A stretch of DNA of 64,000 nt. It comes from Hypanus sabinus. Lineage: Eukaryota. Location of the stretch: the NCBI RefSeq assembly GCF_030144855.1, contig NC_082731.1, positions 22,568,001-22,632,000 of the forward strand. The letters run 5' to 3'. This document shows, one piece after another, positions 51,851 through 64,000 of the stretch. Position 1 is the first letter of the stretch, and the number at the start of each line of letters is the position of its first letter. The position numbers and the translations under genes were made by a program. The notes beneath the pieces were generated by a model. The model saw only the letters and a list, made by a program, of their open reading frames with translations, was not told the DNA's origin and searched no databases.

Positions 51851-52419
51851 TGTTTGTCATCTATCGCATTGGGGAACTATGTCACTGCTTTTTACACCTG
51901 TGTTGGATTTTGTGCTTTGTATGCAGATTTAGAAAATTAACAAAGTGAAATAAGGACTTGACAAAATTTGTTGGAGGAGGGGCAATTCCCTCTGAAATTT
52001 GTCACTGTTACTGCTCGCAGAAACAGTAGAATAAATCATACTGAAGGGAGGATCCGGACAGGTGAGTAGAAAATAATACCATCAATTTTTTTCTGTATTT
52101 TATGGAAACGTTATTCAGATGGATTGTGTTAGTTTCATGGTTGCCACTTAAATTGGCTGCAAACACTTGATCTACATTCGCGATCAATTTTTTGACATGA
52201 ATTACGAAATTCATCGATCTAATAATTTATTCGGAAAAAGAACCATATAAAGGTCGGCGAGACCATGACGGTGAGCAGCAACAGTTTCCTGGGTCGTAGA
52301 TATTGAGAAGTTTGGCATTCCGATATTGAAATGTTCTTACTGGAAATGCAGCTACCTGCTTCACCGTGTCTGAGTTGTGCTCCTAATTCTCACTTGCAGC
52401 ACCCACAGCTGGCGAAAAT

Positions 52420-52640
52420 AAGATATGAATGTGGAATGAGCTTCCTGTAGAAGTAGTAGAGGCCAGTTCAGTTGTGTCATTTAAGGTAAAATTGGATAGG
52501 TATATGTACAGGAAAGGAGTGGAGAGTTATGGGCTGAGTGCGGGTAGGTGGGACTAGGTGAGATTAAGGGTTCGGCACGGACTAGGAGGGTCAAGATGGC
52601 CTGTTTCCGTGCTGTGATTGTTATATGGTTATATGTTATA
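52420..52640 (+). mobile_element. CR1 3' end with (GTTATAT)n-like tail
   Basis: TGGAATGAGCTTCC..TCATTTAAGGTAAAATTGGATAGG..GATGGCCTGTTTCCGTGCTGT + tail. Confidence 0.75.
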
Positions 52641-53506
52641 TGGAATGTATAAGTCTCTACCCGGATGTATATAGCTTCTTCAAAAGCAAACCTCAAAAAG
52701 TGTCTCTTTTCTAGTAACATACGGGATCTGAACCCACTACGGACTGCGACTGAGTAACAGAGGACGGTGAGGGTGTCTGGCACCTGCACACCTCACACGT
52801 AGGATTACAGGCGTGCGGTGAATTACTGTTGCTGGTAAACCAAATTGCTCAACGAAATTGATTTGCTGTCCTTTGAGGGAAGAGGGCTATCACAGACTCA
52901 ATGTGTTTTCACATAATTCGCAGCATGGTGTTGCCAGACGGTACTGGGGAATTTCGCTGGCGCATATTACTGTGGTTGGTCAAGAATGCTTCGACATTTC
53001 TGGCAAGTCGGGCTCCGGTCGGCATCTGTGTTGAAGAACCGTTGGGGATTTATGCTGCATACATAATATTGACCTACACGCACGCTGAGATCGTTTTCTG
53101 GTGAGTTTTTACATTTTTAATTGTTATTAAACTGTCCAGACTTAATGAAGTAATAGCTGAAAGAACTGCTTTTCAACGATTACTGCCGTAGGTTTGTTGT
53201 ACAGTATGTGTTGAGAAGTTTCATTTTTTTTTAGATGATTAATCAAATGCTATTTTTTACGGTTTTCTGCAGGTCAGTGGTTAATGGGCTTATTAGTATT
53301 CAGCCTATTCTGTCTAATATGCAGAACCCGTTATCTGCCCCATAAACACGACTATGGTGACAATGAGTGGGAAAATAAAATAGCATGGTAAGTGCAAAGG
53401 GGATCATGTGGAATTGTAAAATTAGGCAAACACCATAGAAATCAAAGTGTGGCATCCCCATTCTCTCTCGCCAACAGCATGTCCGTGTGTATCTTTGCAC
53501 TTTCAC

Positions 53507-53644
53507 NNNNNNNNNNNNNNNNNNNNNNNNNNNNNNNNNNNNNNNNNNNNNNNNNNNNNNNNNNNNNNNNNNNNNNNNNNNNNNNNNNNNNNNNNNNNNN
53601 NNNNNNNNNNNNNNNNNNNNNNNNNNNNNNNNNNNNNNNNNNNN
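53507..53644. other. Assembly gap (138 N)
   Basis: Run of N. Confidence 1.
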
Positions 53645-54309
53645 CCCCAACACTGTCTCCCTATTTTTTTCATCCGTCTATCTGCCCATCCATGTATCGA
53701 TCTATCGATCCCATTGTTTATTTCTCATGTTTTCTTCGATCTTTCTCGTTTTCTTTGATTTAGGAAGCCTGTTTCGTTCTACAATTGAGGCTTCATCAAA
53801 GCTATCTTCATGATGTTGTTTGATTGCTGTGTTTATCTACTTTCATGGATTGAATAGAAAAGACTGCTTCATCTCATGATCAACCCGGGAATGTATGGCT
53901 CTGAGTTGCTCCAGCAATTCCAAAATTCTGTTTAATCGTCCATATCTGTTTTAATTTATTTGGATATTTAATATCCATATCTGCAGGGAGTTCAACATCG
54001 GTTGACCATGACACTGTGAACTATACTTACAAAGAGGAAACAGAGGAATGCATGAGATCGGGTGCAAGGTGTAAATAAATATTGGCATATTGCAGTTCAT
54101 CAGTTTCTTATTTATCTACCTTCGAGTTGTTACCTTGATTGTTATTTGGATGATATCTCCATTCAGTGCTATTTGATCTCCATCTCCATCATGCTCCCGT
54201 TAATCTATGGTTGATTACCGGACCATTGCAAGTGTTATCGTCAAAGTTGAAAACAGACTTTGAATACGAACTCCAGGAAAATGGAAAGCGTCCGCGAAAG
54301 CAGTACCTT

Positions 54310-55245
54310 AGGAAATCGATGGTGAAGATGCGACTTAGGAGTTCCAGATTATTGCTTTATTACCTTGGTCTTCAAGTCAGTTGCTTGGAGGGAGGCTGTC
54401 CGTCATTGAAGTTTAATTCTAGAGGCCGATAACCGGTACTCTTCAGATTTCTGACTTTGAAGTGCAACCATTCGTCAGCAATCTAAAGTCTGAGGCTTTC
54501 TTATCCACATTTTCCAAGGATATGTGTATGCAAAATGACGATATCTGTCTTAGTTCAGTTTCAGCAGTAGAGAACACTTTCGGGTCGTGTCTGTATAAAG
54601 CTAACACGGTTTCTACACGGTTTCACGAAAGCTGACGTCAGAGGCACAATAACTAACTTACCTTGATGCTACTGGTCTTCCTAGCATAGAGGAACCCTGA
54701 GACTAGACTACGAAGTTAACTGGGATTCTTCACATGCAGATAACACACACGTTGATCTGTGCATTTGCTGAATAATCGGCTGGGGATTTTGTGTGTATTA
54801 TTTCTGTGACTTCTATTGGGCAAAGAAAAGAACGAGAAGACAGGCCAATGCGAAGTATCTCGCTTGCAAACTATCCCGTACAAACGGGTCTCTCAAGGAG
54901 TATGGGTCTGTTTTTCTTGAAGTTTGTGGTCTGCACAAAGCACCTTGTGCAGCAGGGACGGCATCCTCAGCCATCGTTCGTCCTGTCTTCTCCCAGCTTC
55001 CGCCAAACACGAGGTTCACTCCCACTAGAGTCCTTCACAACACATTTCCGCCCCGGGTTCTGTTGAACCATCTCCCAATTACACCATCGTGGTTGGCTGA
55101 CAGAAATTTCCTAGGTTGAACAACAAAGCTTCTTATCTTTAGTTCAAATCCAAAGTAGGTTGAAATTCGAACAAACTGCTTTTTGCAGAACTGATAAAAT
55201 GAAATACCTGCGACACAGAAGCAAAAATGTTAAGCAGGGATTACA
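54310..55245 (-). mobile_element. Gypsy-type LTR, same family as 34866-36150
   Basis: Starts TGTAATCCCTGCTTAA after a purine run GGGGAAG; shared blocks such as TCTTCTCCCAGCTTCCGCCAAA and GCTACTGGTCTTCCTA. Confidence 0.55.
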
Positions 55246-57503
55246 AACTTCCCCAGCAAAAATAATTATGTCCTCATGACATTGAAACATATTAAACCAT
55301 TTATTAACACAGTCTTCAACGAAATTTGTGATATCATGACGTCCAATGAATTTGTGAATGGTAGTGCCATACCTCCCAAAGATGGACCAAAACTCAGTTC
55401 GCACGTCGCGACATGCGCCAGACTGTCCGGGGGCGTCTGGATTCGAACAGACCTCAGTATTCCATTCTCTGGTGTTACAGATTCAAATTCCCGTTCGCTC
55501 CCGTCAAAAAGAGAACGCCTTTCCCAGACGATCATTCATGTCTTCCGCCTGTTCAGTTTTTTTTTGGTTCCATGACCGATTTTATATCGGTCAATTTTAA
55601 ACGAATTTGCCAAGCGTCCTCATCAACATTGGTCCTACACGACGAGACATCGTTCGGTGGCTGCAGTCGTGTGGCAAATCCTCCCGTATTAACATCAGAA
55701 TCTGCGGTTGAAAACTTATCTACTCAGCCGAGCTTAGTTTCTCTTCCTCGGACATTCTGGTAAGTTCTGGGGTTCCTGTCACTCTGTGCTCCATCCAGAG
55801 AGGCACATGATAGGTTTCAGGACTGTCAATAATCTCTGCTACCCCAACATCTACTTCTGAAATCTCCAGCTTCAATGACAAGTATCGTACGGATACTCCT
55901 CACTAAGAAGCCCGTGAATCCCTGGCGTACTGAGTGGCTCTAATGATATATGCGTGATATATCTTTTGTAAGGTGATCTATAAAGCAAACGAGCTTGGTA
56001 ACTATGTCAAATATGGCTCTGACATAAACACCTTTAATCCGTATGGATTCATCGTTGCTTGGTTCCACGAAATGTTCTGGAATCGTGTTTGGTACTTTAG
56101 TAAGTCCGTTGATATACCGACAGGAACGTTAACTCTCCAGAACGTCAGACTCTTTCCCTGTTGTGTCGCTCCGAGGTTTCACCCCTTTTCTTTTCTGTTT
56201 CATTTATCGCCGATTTATTTTCTGAGGATTTTCCTGTCATTCACATTTCTGCTCGAAATATCTACTTTCTCAACCAGCTGTAAAGAGATAATAAAATTAC
56301 TTCTCTGATGATGAGATCGCGCTCAATAGCAGACCTCGCCAGTCGGTCTGAACTCTGATCAGCCGTGTCAACTCATTGATAAGGGGCTCCTGTTATAGCC
56401 GTGATTCTGACGTATCGGTGCAGGAGTGAATGCCTCACGGGGTAATCCGTCTGCGTTTCTGGCTAGGGAACGACAGACAGTGAGATTGAACTGTCGTGAT
56501 TCACCAAAATGCTGTTATATTCTGAACTGCATTTCACATGCAAAAATACTTCCCAACTATTTTTGTCAAATGAAAATCATTCTTTACCAACTGGCATCAA
56601 ATGCTGAAACACTAAATTGCGATTTATGTGATCCTTCTCTGATTGCAACTGGTCATCCATATCTCAAGCATGCTTCCTCACTTATCTTCTGAATCTGTTA
56701 CCTTCTCGATTTCCTATACGCTATGTGTTCTTCCTTTCCGGCATTGACAATGTCTCGCCATTCAGAGATGACCTGAATTTATGGAACTGATGTGAGAGTT
56801 GAGAAATAGATTCGTCCCGGTTTATATCTTTATAACGCTTCCTCATTAGAGTATCTGCAGACGAGTCGATATCCAGGAAATTCTTCAATATACGGTTGAA
56901 TAGATCAAACTGCAAATCTAAATAAACATGCACCGCAACCTATGATAATGTTCCTTCCTTCTGGAACATTTCTGCACTATCTATGACCTGGGTAAAAAGT
57001 TAATTTATATTGATTTCAACGCACCTATTGTGCCAGCTCCAAAGATACATGCCATATAGCTAGAGCAACATCAAAGTCGTTTCAGCACATAAAAAAATAA
57101 AGTTAAGAACAGCTGGTAAAAAAAAACCTGGCCGCAGCTTGAAGTTGCATAGAATCATGTAAGCACCTTTCACAAATATAAATTAACTTAAGCAGAACAA
57201 TCATTTTAACAAAATGATCTACGATATAATGGAATATAATGGTCATCGTAGTTAGTCTGTAATGATTCTGTTCTTGCCCGGATGAAATCTGTTCTCTTGA
57301 CACAGATATTCTCAATTTATTTGTACATATGTCATAAACAGAGCTTCGAAGAGAAAGAACTCTGGACGCAGTATGGAAAGATAATATCATTCGAACACAC
57401 AACACCTTTATATGACAGGAGGCAGCAGAGCGGTATCGGAGAATCAATGATGACAGTTTTCAACTATGGCAAGCATAGGATGTCTGTGCGAGAGAAAGAG
57501 AGT

Positions 57504-57505
<2 letters not shown>

Positions 57506-57583
<78 letters not shown>
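57506..57583. repeat. (GA)n microsatellite
   Basis: Directly visible. Confidence 0.95.
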
Positions 57584-57585
<2 letters not shown>

Positions 57586-58619
57586 CTGACATTGTTCAGG
57601 AGGTGGTTTTAATTGTCTGTGCGAGAGGAAGAGAGTGGGGGGGAGAGAGAGTGAGAGAGATGCACATATGCACGTACTGAGACATAAATACATAACACCG
57701 GAAAATACACTTCCGTTCCCATTTTCGTTCCCAAGCACCACGACTTTTTTCCTGATGTCTAGCCCTGTACGTGGCGTTGAGTATGCATTTCTCCTGTCAG
57801 CTTGGAGTCCGGATACTTGATATACTCTCGGGCTGCTCAGATTGTTTTTACCCTCTGTAGGAAACTCTGGTGATCAGTTTGCCTCCCAACAACTATCAGA
57901 GGTAATAGTTATGGAATGACACAATATATAAGTTAACTTTAATTATTGGGCAATGCTTAATGTAGATTTTGCTTCCTACTACCCGCAGTCAACCGGAGAA
58001 ATGCTAGGATATCTACTGAAGAGATTAAGTCTTGGTTATGCACATCAGTCGCCTTATTTGAAAGATTGATTTTCGGGAGAGCATGAGAAAGACGGTTTTC
58101 AGGTTACTTTATGTACATCTGGAGTTGTGTGCTCCAACTCGGTCATGTGTCTCTGCATCGTATTGACAAAAATGTTCTTGGCAAGTCGCAGATACGCACA
58201 ACCACAGTCCATACGACATATTGAGCTTTCATAAGAGTGCATTCTCACCTGTGTGAATTAACGTGTAATTCCCATCTAATCTATGAAAATTCCAGGGGGA
58301 AAATTCTGGAATCTGGAGGGGAGCAGGGTTTGTTTAAGAGAGCTCCTGTTAAATACGGCATTCCAAAGATAATCTGCCTCTACATCTGCTGTATGAATCG
58401 CTGTGCACAGAACAATCTGTTTTCTTTCCACGAGAGAAACGAGAGCAATTATTTTGTAAACTTTCACGTTCAATGACATTAAACTGAATATCTAATTTAA
58501 CATTCCAGAAGTAACTTTGCTAGGCGTATTATTTTCTATCAATCATCACCTACAGTAAGCGTTTCAGATAGGAGGAAAACCCGTACGTGTCCAATAGTAG
58601 ATATTCTTCAAAATCTTTC

Positions 58620-59030
58620 TTAGTTGTTGTACATGGAACGATGTAAATCAGGAATGTCAGAGCAGACACCTATAAGATCACGAGTGGCATTAATCGTTTA
58701 GATAACCAGAGGCTTTTTCCCCGAGTGCTAAATGGGTAAAACGAGGGGCATTGTGTTACGGTTCTAGGAAATAGGTAACGATGGGATGTCAGGGGTTTTC
58801 ACACAGAGAGTTGTTGATGCGAGAAGTGCACTCCTGACAGCGGTGGTGGAATCGCATCAAATAGGGTTTTTAAGACCCTCAGTCAGGTACATGGAGATTA
58901 GAAAATTAAATAGCTCGGCTCTACGGAAATTCTAGGATGTGTCTAGAGTAGATTGCATGTTCAGCATAACATTCTGAACCGAAAGTCCTGTAATATGCTG
59001 TAGATTTCGATGTTCTGTGTTCTAGTTTGA
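58620..59030 (+). mobile_element. CR1 3' end fragment
   Basis: Similar to other CR1 3' UTRs in the window. Confidence 0.65.
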
Positions 59031-59204
59031 TTCCGAATGCCTATGCAGCTATAAGGAAAATAAGAAATTATTCAATTCTGTCGAATGTGTGCTCTCAGAG
59101 GCAAAATAACTCTTTCACATAGCTTCAGTAGCTCAGTATTTACGTGCTTGACAGCAGTAGATATGGCTCTAGTGGAACCATGATATGGTATCAAATTTTA
59201 GTTG

Positions 59205-59237
<33 letters not shown>

Positions 59238-60239
59238 CATGGTATACACACGACTTTAAAGAAACATTTTTTAAATGCAAGGATATTGATGCAGTTCCCA
59301 TTTCCAATTGCAGAGTAGGTGGTCTCGTAATCCAGTGAGTTAAGTGGAACATCGTAATAAGAGTTTATTAGAATGTTTCGCAGATCCGCTACATTTATCT
59401 GAGAGTACAGATCTCCATCGGCATTTTCAAGCAATTACGGCCTCTTGGCTGTGGGCATTTATTGCATTGAAACAAGAAGTAATTTTGCAGAGTTCATTGT
59501 GTTCAATCATTTTAACTATTTTGTTTTCCAACTTATCAGTTGAGGTCGATCTGTAATTCATGGTGCGAGAGCGCCCGGTGTTATTGTCACTTCGACACTT
59601 AGACTTAGAGCTAGTCTTGAATGAAGCAAGTCTCAGTGCATCGACAGAGCAGACGACTAATGATTGGGAAGCAGAATATTTACATTCTATATAATTGTTG
59701 CTTTATATATTGGACATTCCGGTCTTCCAATCAAAATGACCGAAACAACAACATTTAAAAAACAAAAAAATACAATTATACAAGGATGCTCTTGAACTTC
59801 TTACTCGGACTTCATCCAAAACTGATATTACTTTAACTGCGCTGAGGTGACGAATGACGGCAATGTTCGTCGAAAACGACTGTCATATGTGCTATATTGT
59901 TAAATAAAATCTTGTGCCAGGTAATCTTACCCCCTACTCCCTTTTCTTTTTTGACCCATGCTCCATTAAAGGATTGAACCTTAAATAAATGTCTAGATTT
60001 CAATCTTAATGTCATTTCAAGGGCTTTACTGCCAAATGTCTGTCCTAAATAGTCACAGGCCAAAGAATGAATAAGTTCTTCCTCATTTATTTGTTGGAAA
60101 TAAAATCCATAATCTTTTTAAAATATTTTTTTCCTTAGAGCAAGATGTCAAAACGAGCACATCACTTTCCAGTAAATCCACTGTCAAGAACACCGCCAGT
60201 CAGAATGTTTCAGTAACCTGCTGTCAGATACATAAACAC

Positions 60240-60246
60240 ATGTGTG

Positions 60247-60303
<57 letters not shown>
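60240..60303. repeat. (TG)n(GA)n microsatellite
   Basis: Directly visible. Confidence 0.95.
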
Positions 60304-60304
<1 letters not shown>

Positions 60305-60309
60305 GGAAG

Positions 60310-62215
60310 CCGACGACACTTCCGCCCACCAAAGAGCGGGGGATGCTGGAATTGAAACAGAAAACAGTTCGGCTCACCCTGCTCGACTCAGTGTGTTGCT
60401 TTCACTCGTTGCTTATCAGCGCCACAACATTAGTAACCCTGACCGTCCAACGACATCTGGACCCAGCATGAAGAACTCCGCTCTGCAGAATACAGTTTCC
60501 CTTAAACTGCCATCCTTCCGGACCACTCAACCCCTGGTCTGGTTCGAGCAAGAAAAGGCCCACTTCTAGGTTTGGCAATTGTCTCAGACGCCAACAGGTG
60601 TTACATCGTGGTGGGCGCCCTCGATCAGGAGACAGCGGGCCGCGTTATCGACTTTCTGCTTCGGCCCACGGCAATGGGTAGGTACGAGGCACTCAAGGCC
60701 CTGTAAATCCGCAAATTTGGCCTCTCACGCCGCGAACGGGCCGCGCGATTACTGCATTTGGACGGCTCATCAGCCCTGATGAGCGACACGCTAGCGCTGG
60801 CAGAAGGCCATAAGCCTTTCCCGCTTTTTGAACAGATCTTTTGGGAGCAATGCCAGAAGACATCAGCCTCCAGCTAGCAGATGAGATTTTAGAGACACGC
60901 GCAAGGTGGCTTCCCGCGCGGACGTGCATTGCGCGCCAAATGAAATGGCGGAACCACCATCGAAACTTTTGCTGCGGCGCAGCCGAAAGCCCAGCACTCA
61001 AGCACCCCAGCAGCAGAGCAAGTATCACCCACACCAAGTGACGTCACCACTTCAGTGTCTTGGAGATTTATTATCATCAAAGCTGAGGTTCCAGGGCCCG
61101 CCGCTGCCGACTGCTATGATCGTTCCAGGGAAACGTCAGGACCAGACGTCGCTGATAGCTACGGCGGCTGGTAACCGTGACTGCGTCCACTACATTTGGG
61201 ACAAGTACTACGGGCGTAGATTGCTGGTGGACACGGATGCGGAAATCATTGCCGGATCCCCGTAGAGACATGATACCCGAACAGTAAGAACAGGACGGGA
61301 ACTTACGGCAGCCAACAGCAGCAGCATCCGCACCTATGGCTCAAGAACCATTCCGTTGCATTTCGGTTCCAGACGCATTACATTGCCTTTTAAGCAGGCA
61401 GCAGTATCACAGCCATTGCGGGGTTGGGACTCCCTCCGCGTGCACTGCCTGCTGGTGGATATGACGGGACAACAATTGTTCTTTGCGTTGACTTTCCATA
61501 CATTCTCCCTCGGTGAGGCCAAGTTACAGGCCCCACACCTCGACTCCGTCACGTATTCCGACTACGAGTTCGCCAGAGTATTATCCGAGTTCGCAACTAT
61601 CATCACGCCGCAAATGTCCTCAACAGACACCAAGCACGGCGTGATGCACGACATCCCCAAAGTGGGTCCTCCACTTCATGCTTGGGCCTGCAACCTACCG
61701 CCTCACAATTTCAGCCTCGCGAATGAGGAATTCAGCAAGATGGAGGAGATAGCGATTGTGCGGCATTCCGGCAGCCCGTGCACCACACCGCTCCATTTTG
61801 TGCCCAAGTCCTCGGGAGGGTGGAGACCGTGCAGCGAATATAGGAAGCTGAACGACGACACCACGTGTGTTCGCTATCCGTTATCGCACATCCAAGACTT
61901 TCGGGCAACCTGCACATGGTGCACATCTTTTCGAAGATTGACCTGGTCCGAGGTTATCATCGGATCCCAGTCCACCCTGAGGGTGTACCCCGGACGCCCC
62001 TAAGTACCAACTTTGGCCTGATCGATTTCCTCAGGATGCAGATCGGGCTCAAAAACGCGGCGCAGACGTTCCAACGCCTGATGGACGCAGTATGGCGAGA
62101 GGTGGACTTTCCCTCAATCTACCTGGATGGTATATCGCCAGTCGCTCCCGACGGGAACATCTAGCACATTTACGTCAGCTCTGCCTCCGCCAAAGCTACT
62201 ACGGCTTGCCTGCAT
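60310..62215 (+). mobile_element. CsRn1-like Ty3/Gypsy relic (LTR end, PBS, gag, protease, RT), 3' truncated
   Basis: LTR end GCGCCACA + TTAGTAACCCTGAC PBS-like; gag VSLKLPSF..QPLVWFEQ; protease LLVDTDAE; RT PLHFVPKSSGGWRPCSEYRKLN, GLKNAAQTFQRLMD. Confidence 0.8.
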
Positions 62216-64000
62216 GTGCCAGTAGCAGGCGCGGTGGTGAAGCTTTTCGTTCGAGCTTGCCCGATGGGATAGGACAGGTACAACCCCACAATAAGAGGCG
62301 TTCACCTCAACCATGAATTGACGGGATGGGTCCGGATGGACCAGGATGGGAGTGGTGGTGAAACGCCTCTTCAGGTCGGTGAATGCTGAGTGCGATTCGC
62401 AGTCCCCGCAAAACAGTGTGGCAAAAGGCTATGCCGGGTAAGGGTGTGGCGTTGGGGCGCCACTCTAATGTTGTCTCTGATGAATCTGCAGTAGAAGTTT
62501 GAAAATCCCAGGATTCGTTGAAGTTGTTTGAGGGTCGTGGGCCTATGCCATTCCTTAACTGCCCGGATCTTCTTGGGGTCAGATTTTAACGGCCCGCTTT
62601 CAATGATATAACCGGGGAAGCTGAGCGAATGTACTTTCAACTCGCATTTTTCCGCCTTTGCAAAAAACTGGTTTTCCCATCGTATCTGGAGGACTTAACG
62701 GATATGGTGTACGTTTTTCTTGGAGGGCTTCTAGAGAATATCAGGATATCCTCAAGATAAACATATACGAACCGATTGAGAAAGTCCCTCAGTGCGTCAT
62801 TGATCGGGGGTTGGAAAACTGTAGGAACATTGGTGAGGCCAAATGGCATGACCAAATATTCAAGAGGCCCAGTGGTGTATGGAAGGCCGTCTTCCATTGT
62901 TCCCTCTCCGTCGCCTGACTAAATGGTAGGCATTGCGAAGGTCCAGCATTGAGAAGATGGTGGCACCACGCAATGGTTCAAATGCCGAATTGATGAGGGT
63001 TAGAAGATACTTGTTCTGAAATGCTATATTATTTAGGTCTCGGTAGTCGATACAAGGATGATGCGTCCCGTCCTCATTTTCTACAAAAAAAAGAAACCGA
63101 CGCCTCCGAGGGAGGATGAAGACTTGGTAATGCCCGCCTCGAGGGACACGCTAATGTAGTTCTCTATGGTCTCTCTCTGCGGTCGAGATAGGTTAAATAG
63201 GCGACTTGTGGGTAGTGGGGCTGCGGGTAGAAGTTAGATAGCACAATCATATGGGCGCTGCGGAGGCAGAGAATGTGCCTGTTGTTTACTGAACACCTGT
63301 CCCAAGTCATGGTAGTCTGTGGGTACGCTGAACAAGTCGAGGGGTTCTAAAACAGGAGGGATCGCGGTAGCTTGTCTGGGAGATGGGGCCGACCGCAAAC
63401 AATAGGCATGGCAAGACGGGCTTCATTCAGCAATCCTTCCGGTAGACCAGTCGATATCGGGAGCGTGTTGTGTCAGCCGTAGATACCCTAGAACTACAGG
63501 TATGGTGAATGAATGAGACTGTTTCGTACCTCCACCCGATGGTTGCCAGATAGGTTCTGGGGCTGCGTACGGTGAGTCTGCCGAGCCAGCAGTTTTCCGT
63601 CCAGGACTCGGGCCGGCAGGATGGTGTTTAGCGGCTCGCGAGGTATTCTGGCTTGTGTAGCTATGTCTTCATCCAGCGGATAGCTTTCAGAACCGGAATT
63701 CAACAAAGCGGATAGGAACTGGGGCAGTTGTTGGCAATACACGGTTGCCGGGATCTGCATTCGAGTCTGGAGTGCTGAAGGGAATATCATTCGGCTCACC
63801 AGAGCTCCCTTTCCCATTGGTTAGCCCTCCCTTTTGGCCGCTGCTGGCAGGTGTCCCGAAAATATCCAGACGGGCCACAATAGTCGCATTCCCTGGCTCT
63901 CCACGTCCGAATTCGTTCTGCCGGTGAGTTACGTTTCTGTCCCAAAGGATGCAGACGGCCGTAGCTGGAGCCAAACTGCGAATAGTTGGGTAAGGGCTGG
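62215..64000 (-). mobile_element. Sushi-like Ty3/Gypsy gag-pol relic, runs off the window end
   Basis: Protease ALLNSGSE; [32 protein letters not shown]; LGFSNFYCRFI; RNase H start MVEVNAS..VLSHR. Confidence 0.85.

Noticed and set aside
52021-52061. Exon-like AG/GT-bounded 41-nt piece; a similar 64-nt piece on the minus strand at about 58250-58313
   Set aside because: No homology or partner exons; such signals are frequent by chance
52225-52270. J-like FGKRTI
   Set aside because: No FGxG, in-frame stop, no upstream 12-RSS
52740-53110. Possible plus-strand LTR fragment ending CTG|GTGAGT
   Set aside because: No termini, TSD or second copy found to support it
55750-56200. V-like fragments: plus SKSVDIPTGTLTLQNVRL; minus TGTGCC..CACAGAG + 23 nt + AGAATGTCC
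   Set aside because: Cys-to-Cys spacing is wrong, the nonamer matches only 5/9, and the position next to an LTR and PPT suggests Gypsy 3' internal sequence

Overview
Eukaryotic, vertebrate genomic DNA, most consistent with a cartilaginous fish (inferred from the CR1/HER1-type, Rex1, HERO and Penelope repeats and the TCR V sequence). The only recognisable host gene in 64 kb is one germline T-cell receptor alpha/delta-type V segment on the + strand: leader exon 24440-24485, 100-nt intron, V exon 24586-24892, and a 23-bp-spacer RSS at 24893-24931. It is open-framed but has Phe in place of the conserved Trp41. Most of the rest is decayed or nested transposable elements: an IR/DR Tc1, a pogo-like relic, many CR1 LINEs, an L1/Tx1-like LINE, Rex1/Babar, a HERO-like RLE LINE, Penelope relics, and several Ty3/Gypsy lineages. 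The Gypsy elements include a near full-length Gmr1-like element with integrase before RT, PNMA-type gag/pol/LTR relics, CsRn1-like and Sushi-like relics, and a two-LTR element with only 180 bp of internal sequence. An old local duplication (about 36.5-38.0 kb versus 40.25-48.1 kb) carries PNMA-like gag. There are two assembly gaps. No prokaryotic features (CRISPR, operons, rRNA/tRNA) were seen and I cannot support a wholly new system; the best leads are listed. Identity values are by-eye estimates and TE boundaries without a TSD are approximate.
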